DNA of 63,860 bases, the filler included, from Perkinsus olseni (lineage: Eukaryota), in assembly GCA_013115125.1 (NCBI GenBank). It is 3 parts of 3 records of this genome, joined end to end, with 100 filler letters (N's around TTAATTAATTAA, not from the genome) between each part and the next. Parts side by side here need not be neighbours in the genome. Positions count along the whole stretch, not along the records: positions 44,298 to 63,860 come from JABANN010000596.1; 2 more parts are not named here. The stretch is one strand, 5' to 3'. The notes under the pieces were generated by a model. It was not told the origin of the DNA, made no database searches, and saw nothing but the letters and a program-made list of their open reading frames with translations. The number at the start of each line of letters is the position of its first letter. Positions within the stretch are counted from its first letter, which is position 1. Below, in pieces: positions 61,701 through 63,860 of this stretch. The position numbers and the translations under genes were made by a program.

Positions 61701-63743
61701 ACAAGCCGACATATCCATCTCGAGAGGCTCCATCCCAGCCAGGTGTTGTTCTTCGAAAGCTGCGTCTGTCAAGAGGTGAACGTAGGGGCTCAAGCCTCGC
61801 CTGATTGCGTCCCGGACGACACCCTCATCGATGTGGCCTCTCAGTTTGACCACAATATGCTTGCCATTAAATTCCTCTCCCGTCCCGCCATTCCAGGGCG
61901 TGTCCGTACTTGGCCAGGAGGGCGGGAGCGTCTCATAATATTCGCCCGCCGGCGGAGGTGGCGAGTCATAATATTCGCCCGCCGGCGGAGGTGGTGAGTC
62001 ATGATATTCACCCGTCGGCGGAGGAGGCGAGTTATGATAGTCGCCCGTCGGGGGTGGTGGCGAGTCATGATAGTCGCCCGTCGCGGGTGGTGGCGAGTCA
62101 TGATAGTCGCCCGTCGGGGGTGGTGGCGAGTCATAATATTCGCCCGTCGGGGGTGGTGGCGAGTCATAATATTCTCCCGTCGGGGGTGGTGGCGAGTCAT
62201 GATGTTCGCCCGTCGGCGGCGGTGGCGAATCGTAATATTCGCCCGTCGGCGGAGGAGGTGAGTCGTAATATTCGCCCGTGGGAGGAGGCGGATAATCGTA
62301 AGCTCCATCAATCGGGGGAGTTGATTCAAACTTTTCCTCCAAGGGACGAGTTGACCCCTCCTCTGGTGGTGGCGTACCTTCCTTCACCGTCTCCTGATTC
62401 CGCCTACCCTCTCGGCGCAAGGACCGGGGCAGCGGTCGCCGCCTCTGCCCGTCAAACCCCGGGGACAGACGACGCCTTGTACCCTCACTGCGCTCCTCCG
62501 GCTCGACGCCTGAGCGATAGAAAAACTCAGTGGAGGCAAAAGATTGACCTCAACTAGAGGCTTGAAATTCCCATTGCGGCACATAACTCAAGCTTAGATA
62601 AAGTTTGTTCTTGTACTGAGTTCAAGCTCACGCAAGCTACCAACTTTTCCATTCCTCCCACATAATCGCCGCCCAGCAATCTTACAGGTCTTCGGCGTCC
62701 ACGTCGCACTACTGCACACCGAGAGGTTATTAACAGTGTTGGTTAGTCTATTAAACCCCACGCCATCGACAGCCTCGTGCGTTAACGGGTTCATCACCTT
62801 GATCTCGCCAGTGGAGTCGAACACCTGAGTAGAAAGACGCTGGTTGCTTCCCCTTGTTGGTCACCACAAGACCATAGGTTTAATAGTTACTGGGGCAGTA
62901 ACTACCCCAGTTACCTAAACGACCCGGTAGTTCCAAAGTTCATATTCTTATAGCTTCAAGCTAAGATATTCCGCCAGCACAAAAAATGACGACTCCATAG
63001 CAATTTCATTTTCGCAGTTTATCTTTGGCTGATGGTCGACACGAGACAAACAGCCACATGGCTGAACACATAGACGCGGATCTCCTCTCCACAGCAGTGC
63101 CTCGTACCATGGTCAGGGATAAAGCACTCCACGGGGCGTTCAATACCACACCAAGCGCAGCTCCTGCCTACCTTCGCCACGCCTATCGAGCCGAAGAGGT
63201 TATCTTGGCAATCATCATCAGCGAACATCTGTATGTCGCAGATCTCGAAGCAGCCGTCCCCCTCTGGCTGACTGTAGTTTCCGATGATCCAAATATCTTT
63301 ATTGCCAACCGGCGCCGCTTCCCGAGGTATCCCAGCGACTGAGCAGTAGCGCGACCTCCCCCGTATCCATCACGCTTCAGATTCAGATACTCAAAAGATT
63401 CCATCGCCGTGCCCGACTTACTTTTGGCAATCACCAACAGTATGCACGATATCACAAGAAGAAAGAAGCTGATGCAACATGTGAAGGCTCTCCGCCTGGT
63501 CGCGCTCCGAGGATCGAAGTCGAGATTTTCGCAGTAGATGTTGCTCGGTTCAAACGCTTGCTTCACCACCAGCGCACGGCCTTCGAAACGGAGAACTCGG
63601 GATTGGCACTGAGAAAAAAGGCCATCACACGCGAGGGGCTTTCCGCGGAGAGAAGGGAGATACCACTTAGATGCCGACTCCAACGAGCGTCTCAAAAAAG
63701 CGAAAGATTCTGAAAATCTATAAGTCCGCAATTCCAATACCAC
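52721..63743 (-). CDS. Giant TMC/OSCA(TMEM63)/anoctamin-superfamily membrane protein with ~2,500-aa inserted loop; 5' end probably beyond the window
   Basis: VKQAFEPSNIYCENL followed by a TM (63420-63570). After the insert: VLNWLLKAIIYFLVDMEKH, KKLFVAQWINTGLIILFVNA, GDFDDFTSNWYKAVG, FNLALRLAQ, YWADKVCLLR, PPAF, LHCLLAFWMLGN. The intervening exons I traced are splice-compatible. Confidence 0.75.
57700..61863 (-). repeat. Eight diverged ~140-220-aa protein repeats, each with four conserved Cys
   Basis: Pattern (beta)xGxxD-helix-(F/L)G ... C-x3-(L/I)-x3-(L/I)-x2-L ... C-x4-7-C ... [GA]G[ILV] ... (G)C recurs 8 times in the 1991-aa ORF. Confidence 0.85.
61933..62300 (-). repeat. 33-bp coding tandem repeat, ~11 copies (YYDSPPPPTGE)
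   Basis: Visible directly in the DNA and in the ORF translation. Confidence 0.95.
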
Positions 63744-63860
63744 TACCGAAAACTATTAGTATTAAAATTACTATACCATTCAGAAGTCTATTTGGCGGAT
63801 AGGGTTGCCGTTGCCGTAGCCTATATGGGGGTCGAGGATGATATCATCACATTAGCGAGT

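Noticed and set aside
56485-62557. Long + strand ORFs (e.g. 59505-60275, 60363-61148, 61910-62557)
   Set aside because: Antisense shadows of the GC-rich 6-kb exon with no independent protein features.
5105-63743. Calcium/mechanosensing gene cluster (copine, PKD2-like, TMC/OSCA-like)
   Set aside because: Genes are interspersed with unrelated loci and separated by two assembly gaps; no evidence of linkage or co-regulation.

Overview
Eukaryotic, intron-rich genomic DNA (many ~45-60 nt introns, ~50% GC); gene content and intron style suggest a Perkinsus-like alveolate (inference). Two 100-nt N/TTAATTAATTAA linkers (22063-22162, 44198-44297) split it into three contigs. Recognisable genes: an N-myristoylated copine with a C-terminal RING finger, a PKD2-like cation channel, a MenF-MenD-MenH vitamin K biosynthesis fusion that lacks MenC and ends in PTS1-like AKL, a long-chain acyl-CoA synthetase, a papain-family protease, and three members of a small secreted two-Cys family. 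There is also a >11 kb TMC/OSCA/anoctamin-superfamily gene whose first large loop is expanded to roughly 2,500 aa (Ser-Pro4 repeats, eight 4-Cys SEA-like repeats, LDLa modules, RRL motifs). Non-coding content: two tRNA-like genes with a 16-nt structured anticodon loop, two adjacent MITE-like elements associated with tRNA-like relics, TSD-flanked LINE 3' ends, LINE and possible Penelope relics, and a partial duplicate of the channel gene's 3' end. Multi-exon boundaries were read by eye and are approximate.
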